A stretch of DNA of 64,000 nt from Candidatus Omnitrophota bacterium (GTDB lineage: Bacteria > Omnitrophota > Gorgyraeia > Zapsychrales > JANLHA01). Positions 49,091 to 58,461 of the stretch are shown here, one piece after another. The position numbers and the translations under genes are program-made. The stretch spans positions 68,601-132,600 of the forward strand of contig JAKQKX010000102.1 of NCBI GenBank assembly GCA_029560465.1, in the 5' to 3' direction. Below the pieces are notes generated by a model, which did no database searches, was not told where the DNA came from, and saw only the letters and a program-made list of their open reading frames with translations. Positions within the stretch are counted from its first letter, which is position 1. Each line of letters starts with the position of its first letter.

Positions 49091-49932
49091 TCCTTAACAA
49101 CCACCGCGTCATCCTTGCGGACCTTTTCGCTTCTTAAAGGAGGGACAACGTCGGCAGCCGACATCTCCGGCAAAACCCGTGAGACTTCCACATCCCCCAG
49201 GTATTTCTCCCCGCGATGAACGGACAGGAGCATGCCCTTTTTAATGCCGTTCTTCTCTCCCAGGCTCACAATAATAAAATCCGCTTCTTTATCGACGCTG
49301 ATGACAGCCCCGCGGTTGGCCTCCCCCGTATTAATGACAATCGGCTCAAGATCAACGCCCTCTTGGACAGCTGCGCCGTCATCCGGGATGCCTCCATCAC
49401 CGGGAATTGTTAATTTCTGGGTCAAAGCATCAATTTGCTTCTTCAAGTCGCCGACCTGATTTTCTAAATCCTGCCGGATTGTTTCAAGTTCTTTGTTCCT
49501 CGTCTGAGTCGCCCCCAACTCTTTCTCCATTTGGGCCACGCGCCCCTGAGCCGACTCCAGTTCGACAGTCAGTTCTTTACGGATATCCTCTTTCGCTTTG
49601 CTTTCCTTTTCAAGCTCGTCTTTTAAAAGCCGTGCTTCCCTTTTCACTTCTTCTTTAAGCTCCTGCTCCAGCGCCTTCTCTTCGATGAGGTCTTCAATCC
49701 GGCCATTCGCTTCTTTATTTTTTTCTTCCAGGAGCCTGATCTGTTTCTCTGCTTCTTTCATGTCCGCCCGCAACGAAGCCTCGGCCACCCGCAACTGTTC
49801 CAGGTTATACTCCGCAGATTTCCTTAAATCAATTTCTTTAATAAAGAAAAATACTGATATCCCGGTAAAGCACACCAGCAAAACGGCAATGATCACCAAA
49901 AAAATAGTTAATGTCTTCCCAGAATTATTCAT
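49087..49932 (-). CDS. Membrane-anchored coiled-coil protein with a C-terminal beta domain (FlgT-C-like)
   Basis: N-terminal TM, about 150-aa coiled coil, then GAVISVD...VSLGEKNGIKKG; start placed at ATG 49932 after AAGGAG. Confidence 0.8.
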   Translation of the reverse strand: MNNSGKTLTIFLVIIAVLLVCFTGISVFFFIKEIDLRKSAEYNLEQLRVAEASLRADMKEAEKQIRLLEEKNKEANGRIEDLIEEKALEQELKEEVKREARLLKDELEKESKAKEDIRKELTVELESAQGRVAQMEKELGATQTRNKELETIRQDLENQVGDLKKQIDALTQKLTIPGDGGIPDDGAAVQEGVDLEPIVINTGEANRGAVISVDKEADFIIVSLGEKNGIKKGMLLSVHRGEKYLGDVEVSRVLPEMSAADVVPPLRSEKVRKDDAVVVKE

Positions 49933-50116
49933 CGTTTTTGTTCTCCTTATCATTTATCATGCCCCGTCCAATAGAACAACGAACACTCACCGCCCTTCCC
50001 GGAGCAACCTAAAAGGAACGCCCCTTCTCCCCAGGGACGCGTGAACATTCCAGTATTTTTATTATAACTTATTATATGGCAAATCCTAAGGAAGTAAAGG
50101 GTTTCTCTTGAAATCT

Positions 50117-51052
50117 TTATGCGTTGGCCGCTCCTATGAGGTCTTCGCGGCTGAACTCCGGGGGGGCGGGGCAGGAGAACTCAACCCATTTCTTGGTTTC
50201 AGGATGAAAAAAACCCAAAAACCGGGCGTGAAGAGCCAAGCGAGGAAACGTTCTTGGATCTCCATATTTGGTGTCTCCCAAAATCGGATGCCCCAGATGA
50301 GCCATGTGGACGCGCAACTGGTGCGTCCGCCCACTTTGCGGGGACAATTCCAAATACGTAACAGGATTCTTAAACCGCTTCAAAACCCGATAATACGTCC
50401 GGGCCGCGCGGCCTCCCTCCTCGGATGTCACGGCTTTCTTGTCCCGATGAACGGGGTGCCGTCCGATGGGGACATCGACAACCCCCTCGTCAAAAGCCAC
50501 CCATCCTTGCACCAACGCGAGATAGTGTTTGCGGACTTTGTGCTTTTCAAACTGCCGGGCCAGCCGGACATGATATGTGTTGCTTTTGGCAACAACCAAA
50601 AGGCCGGACGTCTCCTTATCCAGGCGGTGGACAATGCCGGGCCGCTCCTCCGTATTCACGTCGGAAAGGGATTGCCCGGTTCTCTGGCAATAAAACAAAA
50701 GCGCATTGACCAGTGTCCCGGACAGGCAGCCCTGGGCCGGGTGAACCACAAGCCCGGCTGGTTTATAAATAATAAGCAGGGCCCGGTCTTCATAAAAAAT
50801 ATTTAAAGGGATGTTTTCCGGCCGGATTCCCCCGGGAGACAATACCGCTTCTTCAGCGCGGACGGCAACCTCATCCCCGGCCCGTGTCCGGTAATTGGCT
50901 TTAACCGGGCGCTGATTAACCGTGACGTTCCCTCCGGCAATCAGCCGCTGCACCGCTGTCCGGGACACATCCCCGCCCCATTGTTTGGAAAGGTACAGAT
51001 CGATCCGCTGCTGCGCGTCGGAGTCATCAACGTGAAAGATAGTCTGCGGCAT
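50117..51052 (-). CDS. rluD: RluA/RluD family 23S rRNA pseudouridine synthase
   Basis: S4 domain RIDLYL, KPAGLVVHP, HRLDKETSG and GRTHQLRVH. Confidence 0.9.
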   Translation of the reverse strand: MPQTIFHVDDSDAQQRIDLYLSKQWGGDVSRTAVQRLIAGGNVTVNQRPVKANYRTRAGDEVAVRAEEAVLSPGGIRPENIPLNIFYEDRALLIIYKPAGLVVHPAQGCLSGTLVNALLFYCQRTGQSLSDVNTEERPGIVHRLDKETSGLLVVAKSNTYHVRLARQFEKHKVRKHYLALVQGWVAFDEGVVDVPIGRHPVHRDKKAVTSEEGGRAARTYYRVLKRFKNPVTYLELSPQSGRTHQLRVHMAHLGHPILGDTKYGDPRTFPRLALHARFLGFFHPETKKWVEFSCPAPPEFSREDLIGAANA

Positions 51053-51082
51053 AAAAATCTCCCCCTGGACCCAGGGGACGGC

Positions 51083-51823
51083 TTAACCTTTTCGTTGTTG
51101 CCGGATTCTTAAATACACCATCAACAACAGACCGGCGGTGGAAAGGCCAAGGCTGACAATCTGAAAAACGCTTAAACCTATAGCCGTCAGTTCATGGTCG
51201 GCACGGAAGAATTCGATCACGAATCTTTGGATGCCGGCTAAAATAAAATAAAGCGCCAAAACCTGTCCCGGCGCATGGGGATGTTTTCTGTAGGCCTTCA
51301 AAACGCAATAGATCACAAACAGTGCCGCGCTGGCATACAATTGGGTCGGATGCAAATGAGCCTGATGAACCGGAAAATAAACTCCCCAGGACACTTCCTT
51401 CCCGTAACAACACCCGTTGAGAAAACAGCCCACCCGGCCAATCGACTGCCCCAGAGCCAGGTAAGGGGCCAGGAGGTCCAACATGAGCCGGAAAGGAAGT
51501 TTTTTAATATAGATAAAACCAGCCCCGATAGCGGTCCCCAGAATGAGTCCCCCCTGCCAAGCCAACCCTCCCCGCTGTAGCATCACAACTTCTTTCAAGT
51601 CAGCGGCGAAGATATCCCAGTTCATCAAAACAAAAAATATCCTCGCCCCGGCTATGCCCCCCAAGACAGCCCAGAAAACCAGGTCATAAATCACATCGGC
51701 CGGGATATTATAAACAACCGCGTCCCGTTTTAATAAAAACGAGCACACAATGACCGCAATCGCCAACATCAGCCCGTATGAATATATATGAAACGGCCCG
51801 AAGGCACAGATGATTGGCAGCAT
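51083..51823 (-). CDS. lgt: Prolipoprotein diacylglyceryl transferase
   Basis: YSYG, GAR, GGLxxxGG, GRVGCFLNGCCYG, HPTQLY and RFVIEFFR. Confidence 0.93.
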   Translation of the reverse strand: MLPIICAFGPFHIYSYGLMLAIAVIVCSFLLKRDAVVYNIPADVIYDLVFWAVLGGIAGARIFFVLMNWDIFAADLKEVVMLQRGGLAWQGGLILGTAIGAGFIYIKKLPFRLMLDLLAPYLALGQSIGRVGCFLNGCCYGKEVSWGVYFPVHQAHLHPTQLYASAALFVIYCVLKAYRKHPHAPGQVLALYFILAGIQRFVIEFFRADHELTAIGLSVFQIVSLGLSTAGLLLMVYLRIRQQRKG

Positions 51824-51866
51824 AGCTCACCCCCTCTTTTTTTCGGACGTCAACAGCGTTTTGAAA

Positions 51867-52370
51867 TTAAGGATGCATCGGCTCCTTATGAGCGTCTGCC
51901 CGGGGGATGCATTTCAAGGCGATAATCAGGGCCCCCACCGTGATGGCGCTATCGGCGATATTAAACACTGGCCAGATCTGAAAGTCAACAAAGTCGATGA
52001 CATACCCATAACAAATACGGTCAATCAGGTTCCCGATCGCCCCGGCCAGGATCATGGAAAAAGCCACAATATAAAGGCGGCTCAACTTTTCATTATTGGA
52101 TTTATAATAATAAATATTATACACCAACAAAACGATCGCGATCATAGGGACAATAATAAACACAATCCCGTGGTTCTTAAACAGTCCGAACGCGATCCCC
52201 GTGTTATGAACAAGCGTCATGTGCAAGATATGGCGGATCACTGGCAACGACTCCCCTTCTGCCAGGATATTGGAGAAAAAAATTTTAGTAATGCGGTCCA
52301 GAAAAACGATAAAAGAAACAGTGAACAGGGAAAGGAAAATATCTAATTGCGGCTTTACAACATTTTTCAT
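51867..52370 (-). CDS. lspA: Lipoprotein signal peptidase II
   Basis: NTGIAFG, GAIGNLIDR, VIDF and FNIAD. Confidence 0.96.
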   Translation of the reverse strand: MKNVVKPQLDIFLSLFTVSFIVFLDRITKIFFSNILAEGESLPVIRHILHMTLVHNTGIAFGLFKNHGIVFIIVPMIAIVLLVYNIYYYKSNNEKLSRLYIVAFSMILAGAIGNLIDRICYGYVIDFVDFQIWPVFNIADSAITVGALIIALKCIPRADAHKEPMHP

Positions 52371-52471
52371 AATAACTCAATATCTGTACACATGACAACC
52401 TGCTAAAAGAGGAATGGAAAATCCTTTAGGAATCAGAACGTTGCCATATTTCAGGAAACCCCTGGTAATTC

Positions 52472-52873
52472 TTAATGAGCCGGTTTTTTTTGCTGCTCCA
52501 GCTTTTCCTGACATTGGAGGCAAGTTTCCACATAAGGGATGGCTTCCAGGCGCACTTCCGAGATGGGCTGCTGGCACTCCACGCATAATCCATAATTGTC
52601 TTCTTCTATCCTCTTAAGGGCCTTATCAACCTTTTGCAACAATTCGCGGTCATTCGACGCTAACCCCAGAGTGAATTCCCGGTCATACATGTCCGTGGCG
52701 AAATCCGCCATATGCAGGCCATGCCCCCCGGAAAACTCTTCAAGGGGCTCCTTGGACTCGGACGATTTTCCACCGGTCATATTCTTAATGTCATGGACTA
52801 TTTTTTCTTTAATCTCCAGAAGGCTTTTCCTGTAAACATCTTTCTGCTTTTTATTCAACTTGTTTTCCGTCAT
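52472..52873 (-). CDS. dksA: DksA/TraR family C4 zinc-finger protein
   Basis: Coiled coil with HMADFA tip, ALKRI...YGLCVEC...RLEAIP...CLQC. Confidence 0.85.
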   Translation of the reverse strand: MTENKLNKKQKDVYRKSLLEIKEKIVHDIKNMTGGKSSESKEPLEEFSGGHGLHMADFATDMYDREFTLGLASNDRELLQKVDKALKRIEEDNYGLCVECQQPISEVRLEAIPYVETCLQCQEKLEQQKKPAH

Positions 52874-52957
52874 TCCCTATTTCTCCTTTTCTTGCTTCCC
52901 GCCATGTTAGGGAGAAGAATCCAACTTGATTCGAAATCCGACATTAACCTATAGCCA

Positions 52958-52985
52958 AGTATACAAGATGAACTATCTAAGTCAA
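52958..52985 (-). promoter_or_regulatory. Probable sigma70 promoter of dksA-lspA-lgt
   Basis: TTGACT-16 nt-TATACT. Confidence 0.6.
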
Positions 52986-53017
52986 AGTCCCGTGCGCCCC
53001 GTGCTAACAGGTCCTCC

Positions 53018-55849
53018 TCAGGCAACGTCCACCAACCCGTCCCGAATCATGGCCTCCACAACCGGCAAACAACGCTCGCACAATTCCGGATGCTCCCGGC
53101 TTTGCCCGACTTGCGGGCTATAATTCCAGCAACGGACACACTTGTTCCCATACGCCTTCTGGATAATAATAGCCGTCTTGGGAAACTCTTCATGGACGCC
53201 CTGGCTTACATGCTCCACCCGCTCCACCTCAACCTGGGACACAATAAAAACCTGCGGTAAAATGGCCGCCAAAGTATTTAGGTTTTCGGCATCCCGGTCG
53301 CTGGAGGTCCTGAATATAATCCGGGCTTCCAGGGAACTGCCGATTACCTCTTCACGGCGGCTGTCTTCCAGGGCTTTAAGAACATGCGGCCGCAAAGTTT
53401 CCAGGAAACAAAATTTTTTTTCTAAACGTTCATTACGCCAGCCTTTCAAACAATCCGGCCATTGAAGAAGATGCACGCTGGACAAACAGGCCGTTTGCGG
53501 AGTCTTCGGCATAAGCTGAAACACTTCTTCAGCCGTAAAACTCAGGACCGGAGCGATGTAACAAACCAGGTGGTTAAGAATATGAAAAAGAACAGTCTGC
53601 GCTGATTTCCTTTCCCTTGAAAAAGCGTGAGAAGTATACAGTCTATCTTTAAGAATGTCAAGATAAAAACCCGACAACGCTTCATTACAATAAGAATAAA
53701 TGAGTTTGTAGGCCCGGGCGAACTCAAACTGCTCGTAAGCTTCCCGCAGATCAAGAGCGACCTGTTGAAGTTTGTGCAAAGCCCACTGGTCAATTTCAAC
53801 CAAATGGTCATAACCCAAAAGCTCTTTTAAGGGGTCAAACCCATCAAGGTTCCCCAAAAGGAACCGGATGGTATTGCGGATTTTGCGGTACGCATCGATC
53901 ACGCGCGCCATGATCTCTTTGGATAAACGGATATCATCATGATAATTGCTGGAGGCCACCCACAAGCGGAGGATATCCGCGCCGTTGGTCTTGATAACAT
54001 CCTGAGGAGAGATCACGTTCCCCAAGGATTTCGACATCTTCCGGCCCTGGCCGTCCATGACAAAACCATGGGTTAACACGGCTTTATAAGGCGGCATCCC
54101 GTCCAAGGCGACCGCCGGGATCAAAGAAGACTGGAACCAACCGCGGTGCTGGTCAGACCCTTCCAAATAAAGGTCCACCGGGATCTTCCGCCCCAGCATG
54201 GGGCCAACAACCGCCTTGTGGCTCACCCCGGAATCAAACCAGACATCCAGGATATCGAATGTCCGTTTAAAAGCACGTTTCCCGCAGTCCGGACACGCAA
54301 AACCCTCCGGGAGAAGTTCAGGCAACCCCTTCCGAAACCATGCATCAGTCCCTTCCGTCCTAACAATGCTTGCGAAATGGTCAATCACTGCGGGATAAAG
54401 TTTATGCTCCCCCCCGCATCCTTCACATTCCAAAGCGGGAATCGGCACGCCCCAATGGCGCTGACGAGAAAGGCACCAGTCCGGCCTGGAAATGATCATT
54501 CCGGTCATCCGTTCCTGCCCCGACGCCGGAATCCAGAGTATTTTCTCCTGAACCGCCTGGCGCAGCTTGGCCCGCAAGTCCTTATGATCAATCTTCATAA
54601 ACCACTGATGCGTGGCCCTGAAAATAATCGGCTTCTTGCAGCGCCAGCAATGCGGATAGCTGTGGCTGATCGTTTCTGAAGCCGCCAGCATCCCCCTGGC
54701 CTTCAAGTTCTGGATGATCTGTTCGTTCGCTTTAAAAACATGCTGCCCGGCGAACGCGCCCGCCTCTTGAGTAAATAACCCCTGGTCATCAACCGGCATG
54801 AGGATATCAAGGTGATGTTCGAGGCCGGCTTCATAGTCTTCCTGGCCGTGGCCGGGAGCGGTATGGACCAGCCCGGTCCCGTCTTCCTTCGTTACGTAGT
54901 CGACCACCACAACACGGCAGTTTTGTTTTAATCCAAACGGGTGCGTATACAACAATTCCTGCAGGGCCTCTCCCGAGACCTCCTGGAGGACTTCATATTT
55001 CGCAACCCCGGCCTTGCCCAAGACGCGTTCGCACAGGGTCTTCTCCAAGACCACCGCTTCTTCCCCGATATCAACGCACACATACTGAAAGGCCCGGTGC
55101 ACGGCCACCGCGACATTAGCCAGCAGCGTCCAGGGCGTGGTCGTCCAAATCATGAGCGAAAGGGGCTTGCCTTTCGGCGTCCTTCCCAGAGCCTGAGGGT
55201 TGTTCACCTGGAATTTAACATAGACCGACGGGGAATTGTGATCTTCATATTCGACTTCCGCCTCCGCCAAGGCCGTCTCACAGTTAGGGCACCAGTTCAC
55301 CGGTTTGAGCCCGCGGTAAACATACCCGTCCTTGACCAGGCTGGAAAACGACGAAAGGATCCAGTACTCGTATTCCGGAGACAGGGTGAGATACGGCTTC
55401 TCCCATTGCCCCAGGACACCCAGCCGTTGAAACTGCTCCCGTTGAATATCAACGTATTTCATCGCGTAGTCATGGGCTTTCCGGCGGAAGTCCACCGTAT
55501 CCACGTCCGACTTCCTCTTTTTCAATTCCTTGAACAATTGATGCTCAATCGGCAGCCCGTGGCAATCCCACCCGGGGACATATAACGCGTCATATCCCTG
55601 CATGGTTTTCATTTTCACGATGATATCTTTTAAAATCTTATTCAACGCGTGACCGATATGGATATTGCCGTTAGCGTACGGGGGCCCGTCATGCAAAACA
55701 TACGGTTCGCAACCAGCCCGCGCCTCACGGATCGCGGCGTGCAATTGATTGGTTTCCCAGAGCGCGAGCCACTGCGGCTCCTTTTGGGCCAGCTCGGCCC
55801 GCATGGAAAATTCGGTTTTAGGCAAATTCAGGGTCTTTTGATAGTTCAT
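53018..55849 (-). CDS. ileS: Isoleucine--tRNA ligase (type 1)
   Basis: HDGPPYANG.IHIGH, WTTTPWT, WCLSRQR, EGSDQHRGWF, KMSKS and C-terminal CVRC...CERC. Confidence 0.98.
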   Translation of the reverse strand: MNYQKTLNLPKTEFSMRAELAQKEPQWLALWETNQLHAAIREARAGCEPYVLHDGPPYANGNIHIGHALNKILKDIIVKMKTMQGYDALYVPGWDCHGLPIEHQLFKELKKRKSDVDTVDFRRKAHDYAMKYVDIQREQFQRLGVLGQWEKPYLTLSPEYEYWILSSFSSLVKDGYVYRGLKPVNWCPNCETALAEAEVEYEDHNSPSVYVKFQVNNPQALGRTPKGKPLSLMIWTTTPWTLLANVAVAVHRAFQYVCVDIGEEAVVLEKTLCERVLGKAGVAKYEVLQEVSGEALQELLYTHPFGLKQNCRVVVVDYVTKEDGTGLVHTAPGHGQEDYEAGLEHHLDILMPVDDQGLFTQEAGAFAGQHVFKANEQIIQNLKARGMLAASETISHSYPHCWRCKKPIIFRATHQWFMKIDHKDLRAKLRQAVQEKILWIPASGQERMTGMIISRPDWCLSRQRHWGVPIPALECEGCGGEHKLYPAVIDHFASIVRTEGTDAWFRKGLPELLPEGFACPDCGKRAFKRTFDILDVWFDSGVSHKAVVGPMLGRKIPVDLYLEGSDQHRGWFQSSLIPAVALDGMPPYKAVLTHGFVMDGQGRKMSKSLGNVISPQDVIKTNGADILRLWVASSNYHDDIRLSKEIMARVIDAYRKIRNTIRFLLGNLDGFDPLKELLGYDHLVEIDQWALHKLQQVALDLREAYEQFEFARAYKLIYSYCNEALSGFYLDILKDRLYTSHAFSRERKSAQTVLFHILNHLVCYIAPVLSFTAEEVFQLMPKTPQTACLSSVHLLQWPDCLKGWRNERLEKKFCFLETLRPHVLKALEDSRREEVIGSSLEARIIFRTSSDRDAENLNTLAAILPQVFIVSQVEVERVEHVSQGVHEEFPKTAIIIQKAYGNKCVRCWNYSPQVGQSREHPELCERCLPVVEAMIRDGLVDVA

Positions 55850-55932
55850 GGCATCATCACATTCTATAAGAAATCATCCTTGTTATTTTTTCATCCACCC
55901 AAGAGTCCGGGCCTCGGCAGACCAGAGTCCCG

Positions 55933-56793
55933 TTATTTCAAATATTGTCCGATAAAAATCTCCAGTAATTTCTTTTTATCATCAGGGATCAGGGACCGGT
56001 CGGTCACCAGGGAGAACTTCAGCACACCGGCCGCGCTGAATTCTTCCATGGCGCCAATCAGGGGAATCGCCCGTTCCAAAATTTTACGGGCATTAATGAC
56101 GTTTTTATTTAAATTCTCAATGATCATCTCCACCGTCACAGAATCATGCGACGGATGCCAGCAGTCGTAATCCGTCACCGCCGCCAGGGTGGCATACGAT
56201 ATTTCCGCTTCGCGGGCCAGCTTCGCTTCCGTCAAGTTGGTCATGCCGATGATGGACATGTCCCAGGTGCGGTATAAGTTGGATTCCGCTTTTGTCGAAA
56301 ATTGCGGCCCTTCGATATTGACATAGGTGCCTCCATCGTGAATGACGCACCCCGCCTCCCGGCCGGCCTTCAGAAGCGCGGCGCGGACTTCCGGAGAAAA
56401 CGGATCGGCAAACGGGATATGCCCGACAATCCCGTCCTCAAAAAAGGTGTCGGCCCGCTTGCCTTTCGTCCGGTCAAACAGTTGGTCCGGCACGACGAAA
56501 TGCTGCGGCTCAAACGCCTCCTTCAGGCTCCCAACGGCCGAGACAGCGATAATCGCGCTGACGCCCAATTTCTTCATGCCCCAGATATTGGCCCGGTAAT
56601 TGATCTCACTGGGAGAAATCCGGTGCCCTTTCCCGTGACGGGGCAAGAAAACAACATCCACGCCCTGGAACCGGCCTACCACAAAATTACACGACGGCTG
56701 GCCAAACGGCGTAAACATCGACCGCTCATCCAGAATTTCTATCCCGTCCAACTGGTACAACCCGCTTCCACCAATAATCCCGACTTTAGCCAT
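55933..56793 (-). CDS. mtnP: S-methyl-5'-thioadenosine phosphorylase
   Basis: GIIGGSG, PRHG, NYRANIW, EGPQFSTKAES, GMT and TDYDCW. Confidence 0.93.
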   Translation of the reverse strand: MAKVGIIGGSGLYQLDGIEILDERSMFTPFGQPSCNFVVGRFQGVDVVFLPRHGKGHRISPSEINYRANIWGMKKLGVSAIIAVSAVGSLKEAFEPQHFVVPDQLFDRTKGKRADTFFEDGIVGHIPFADPFSPEVRAALLKAGREAGCVIHDGGTYVNIEGPQFSTKAESNLYRTWDMSIIGMTNLTEAKLAREAEISYATLAAVTDYDCWHPSHDSVTVEMIIENLNKNVINARKILERAIPLIGAMEEFSAAGVLKFSLVTDRSLIPDDKKKLLEIFIGQYLK

Positions 56794-56852
56794 GAGGTCC
56801 TCCTCATTTTAATAACCGGCGCACCCTCGCCGGATCGACCAGCCCAACCGCA

Positions 56853-57641
56853 TCACTGCCTAAGCTGCCTGGCCCGGCGTTCCGCCGCCCCAAGCGCCCG
56901 CGTGAATACCGTCTGGATTTTATATTTGTCAAACACGTCCATGGCCGCCTGCGTGGTCCCGCCTTTGGATGTCACCCGGGCCCTGAGCCCGGACGCTTCT
57001 TCCTCCGAATCCAAAAGCAGATGAACACTGCCCTGAAGCGTCTGGCAGACCAACTGGCGGCTGAGCTTGGGGTCTAGGCCTAAAGACGCCGCGGCATTCA
57101 TCAGGCATTCCGCGAATAAAAACACATAGGCCGGCCCGCTGCCAGAAACCGCGGTCACCGCGTCCATCCACTGTTCATCCACCACTTCGGTGGCGCCGAC
57201 ATGTTTAAATATCTCACGGGCTGTCCGGATATCAGCCGCGCGCGTGTTCCGTCCCCCGCACAGGGCCGTCATCCCCTCCGCGATCACAGCCGGCATATTC
57301 GGCATGGTCCGCACCACCCGGGCCCCGGGCGGCAGCCCTTTTTCCAAAAACCCGGTCGTCAGCCCGGCCGCAATAGAAATCAGCACCTTGTCTTTGGTAA
57401 AACTGCCGCCGACTTCTGCCAAAACCCACGGGCTATCCTGCGGTTTAACCGCCAAGATGACAATGTCCGACTGCTTGACCAAATCCGGCAACTCTTTATT
57501 ATCAACGCGGTACTTCCGTTTTAAAACCTTCGCCTTGGCGGGGTCCTTTTCACAAACAGCCACCGCGTAGTGCCGGTAAATCCGGCTTATAATCGCGGTC
57601 CCCATATTCCCGCCGCCAATAAACCCGACATGGTGTTTCAT
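56853..57641 (-). CDS. proC: Pyrroline-5-carboxylate reductase
   Basis: GFIGGGNMG, LAVKPQ, SIAAG, RTMPN, SGSGPAY and VTSKGGTT; start moved to ATG 57641. Confidence 0.96.
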   Translation of the reverse strand: MKHHVGFIGGGNMGTAIISRIYRHYAVAVCEKDPAKAKVLKRKYRVDNKELPDLVKQSDIVILAVKPQDSPWVLAEVGGSFTKDKVLISIAAGLTTGFLEKGLPPGARVVRTMPNMPAVIAEGMTALCGGRNTRAADIRTAREIFKHVGATEVVDEQWMDAVTAVSGSGPAYVFLFAECLMNAAASLGLDPKLSRQLVCQTLQGSVHLLLDSEEEASGLRARVTSKGGTTQAAMDVFDKYKIQTVFTRALGAAERRARQLRQ

Positions 57642-57684
57642 GGTTGCCTCATCTCCCTCGCAGAGCCACATCCCCTTGAAAATA

Positions 57685-58380
57685 TTAACCAAATATCGCG
57701 GTGCCGACCCGCAGCATGTTGGCGCCTTCCTGAATCGCGAAGGCATAGTCATGCGTCATGCCCATCGACAAATATTTCATGGAAACCTGGGGGGCCCCCG
57801 CAAACCGCTTCGCGGCCCGGTCACGAATAACGCGGGCAGCGCTGAAACAAGACCGGATCACAGATTCATCCTCCACGAACGGCGCAATGGTCATAATCCC
57901 GTTGACCCGGACATACTCTAACCCGGCCGCCTGGTCCATAAAATCCAAGGCTTCCTCGGCCGGAACGCCAAACTTCTGTTCCTCGCCCGCGCAATCAACC
58001 TGAATCAACACGTCCGCCTTCTGCCCCCGTTTACGGGCCTGTTTGTCGATTTCCTCCGCCAGGCGCAAACTGTCCACCGACTGAATCATGTCAAAAAGCT
58101 CCAGCACAGGCTTAACCTTATTCGTCTGTAGGTGCCCGATCATGTGTTTCCTGACCGCCGGCAACAATTCCCCCAAAGCCGGGAATTTACCCTGGGCGAC
58201 CTGCACTTTATTTTCCCCGATATCAGTCAAACCACAGCGAACCGCCTCCGCGATCTTGTCCGCATCAGCGAATTTCGTCACCCCGACAAGGATGATTTCA
58301 TCCGGATTCCGCCCACAGCGCGCGCATATCTGCGCTATGGCGGCCCGGAGAAACTCAAGCTTTTCTTTAATCATTGCCAT
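57685..58380 (-). CDS. yggS: PLP homeostasis protein (YggS/PLPBP)
   Basis: VGVTK, GENKVQ, HMIGHLQTNK, LSMGMT.D and RVGTAIFG; upstream of proC; true start may be the second ATG at 58374. Confidence 0.96.
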   Translation of the reverse strand: MAMIKEKLEFLRAAIAQICARCGRNPDEIILVGVTKFADADKIAEAVRCGLTDIGENKVQVAQGKFPALGELLPAVRKHMIGHLQTNKVKPVLELFDMIQSVDSLRLAEEIDKQARKRGQKADVLIQVDCAGEEQKFGVPAEEALDFMDQAAGLEYVRVNGIMTIAPFVEDESVIRSCFSAARVIRDRAAKRFAGAPQVSMKYLSMGMTHDYAFAIQEGANMLRVGTAIFG

Positions 58381-58409
58381 AAACTAGCATAAAAGCCCAA
58401 AGGCGTCAA
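58381..58409 (-). promoter_or_regulatory. Promoter directly abutting the yggS start (leaderless-type)
   Basis: TTGACG-17 nt-TAGTTT with TGn; ATG 58374 lies 6 nt after the -10 box. Confidence 0.5.
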
Positions 58410-58461
58410 TCAATAAAGAGCCTTCATTAATATAGAATTTACTGATTAATATTAATCTTAA

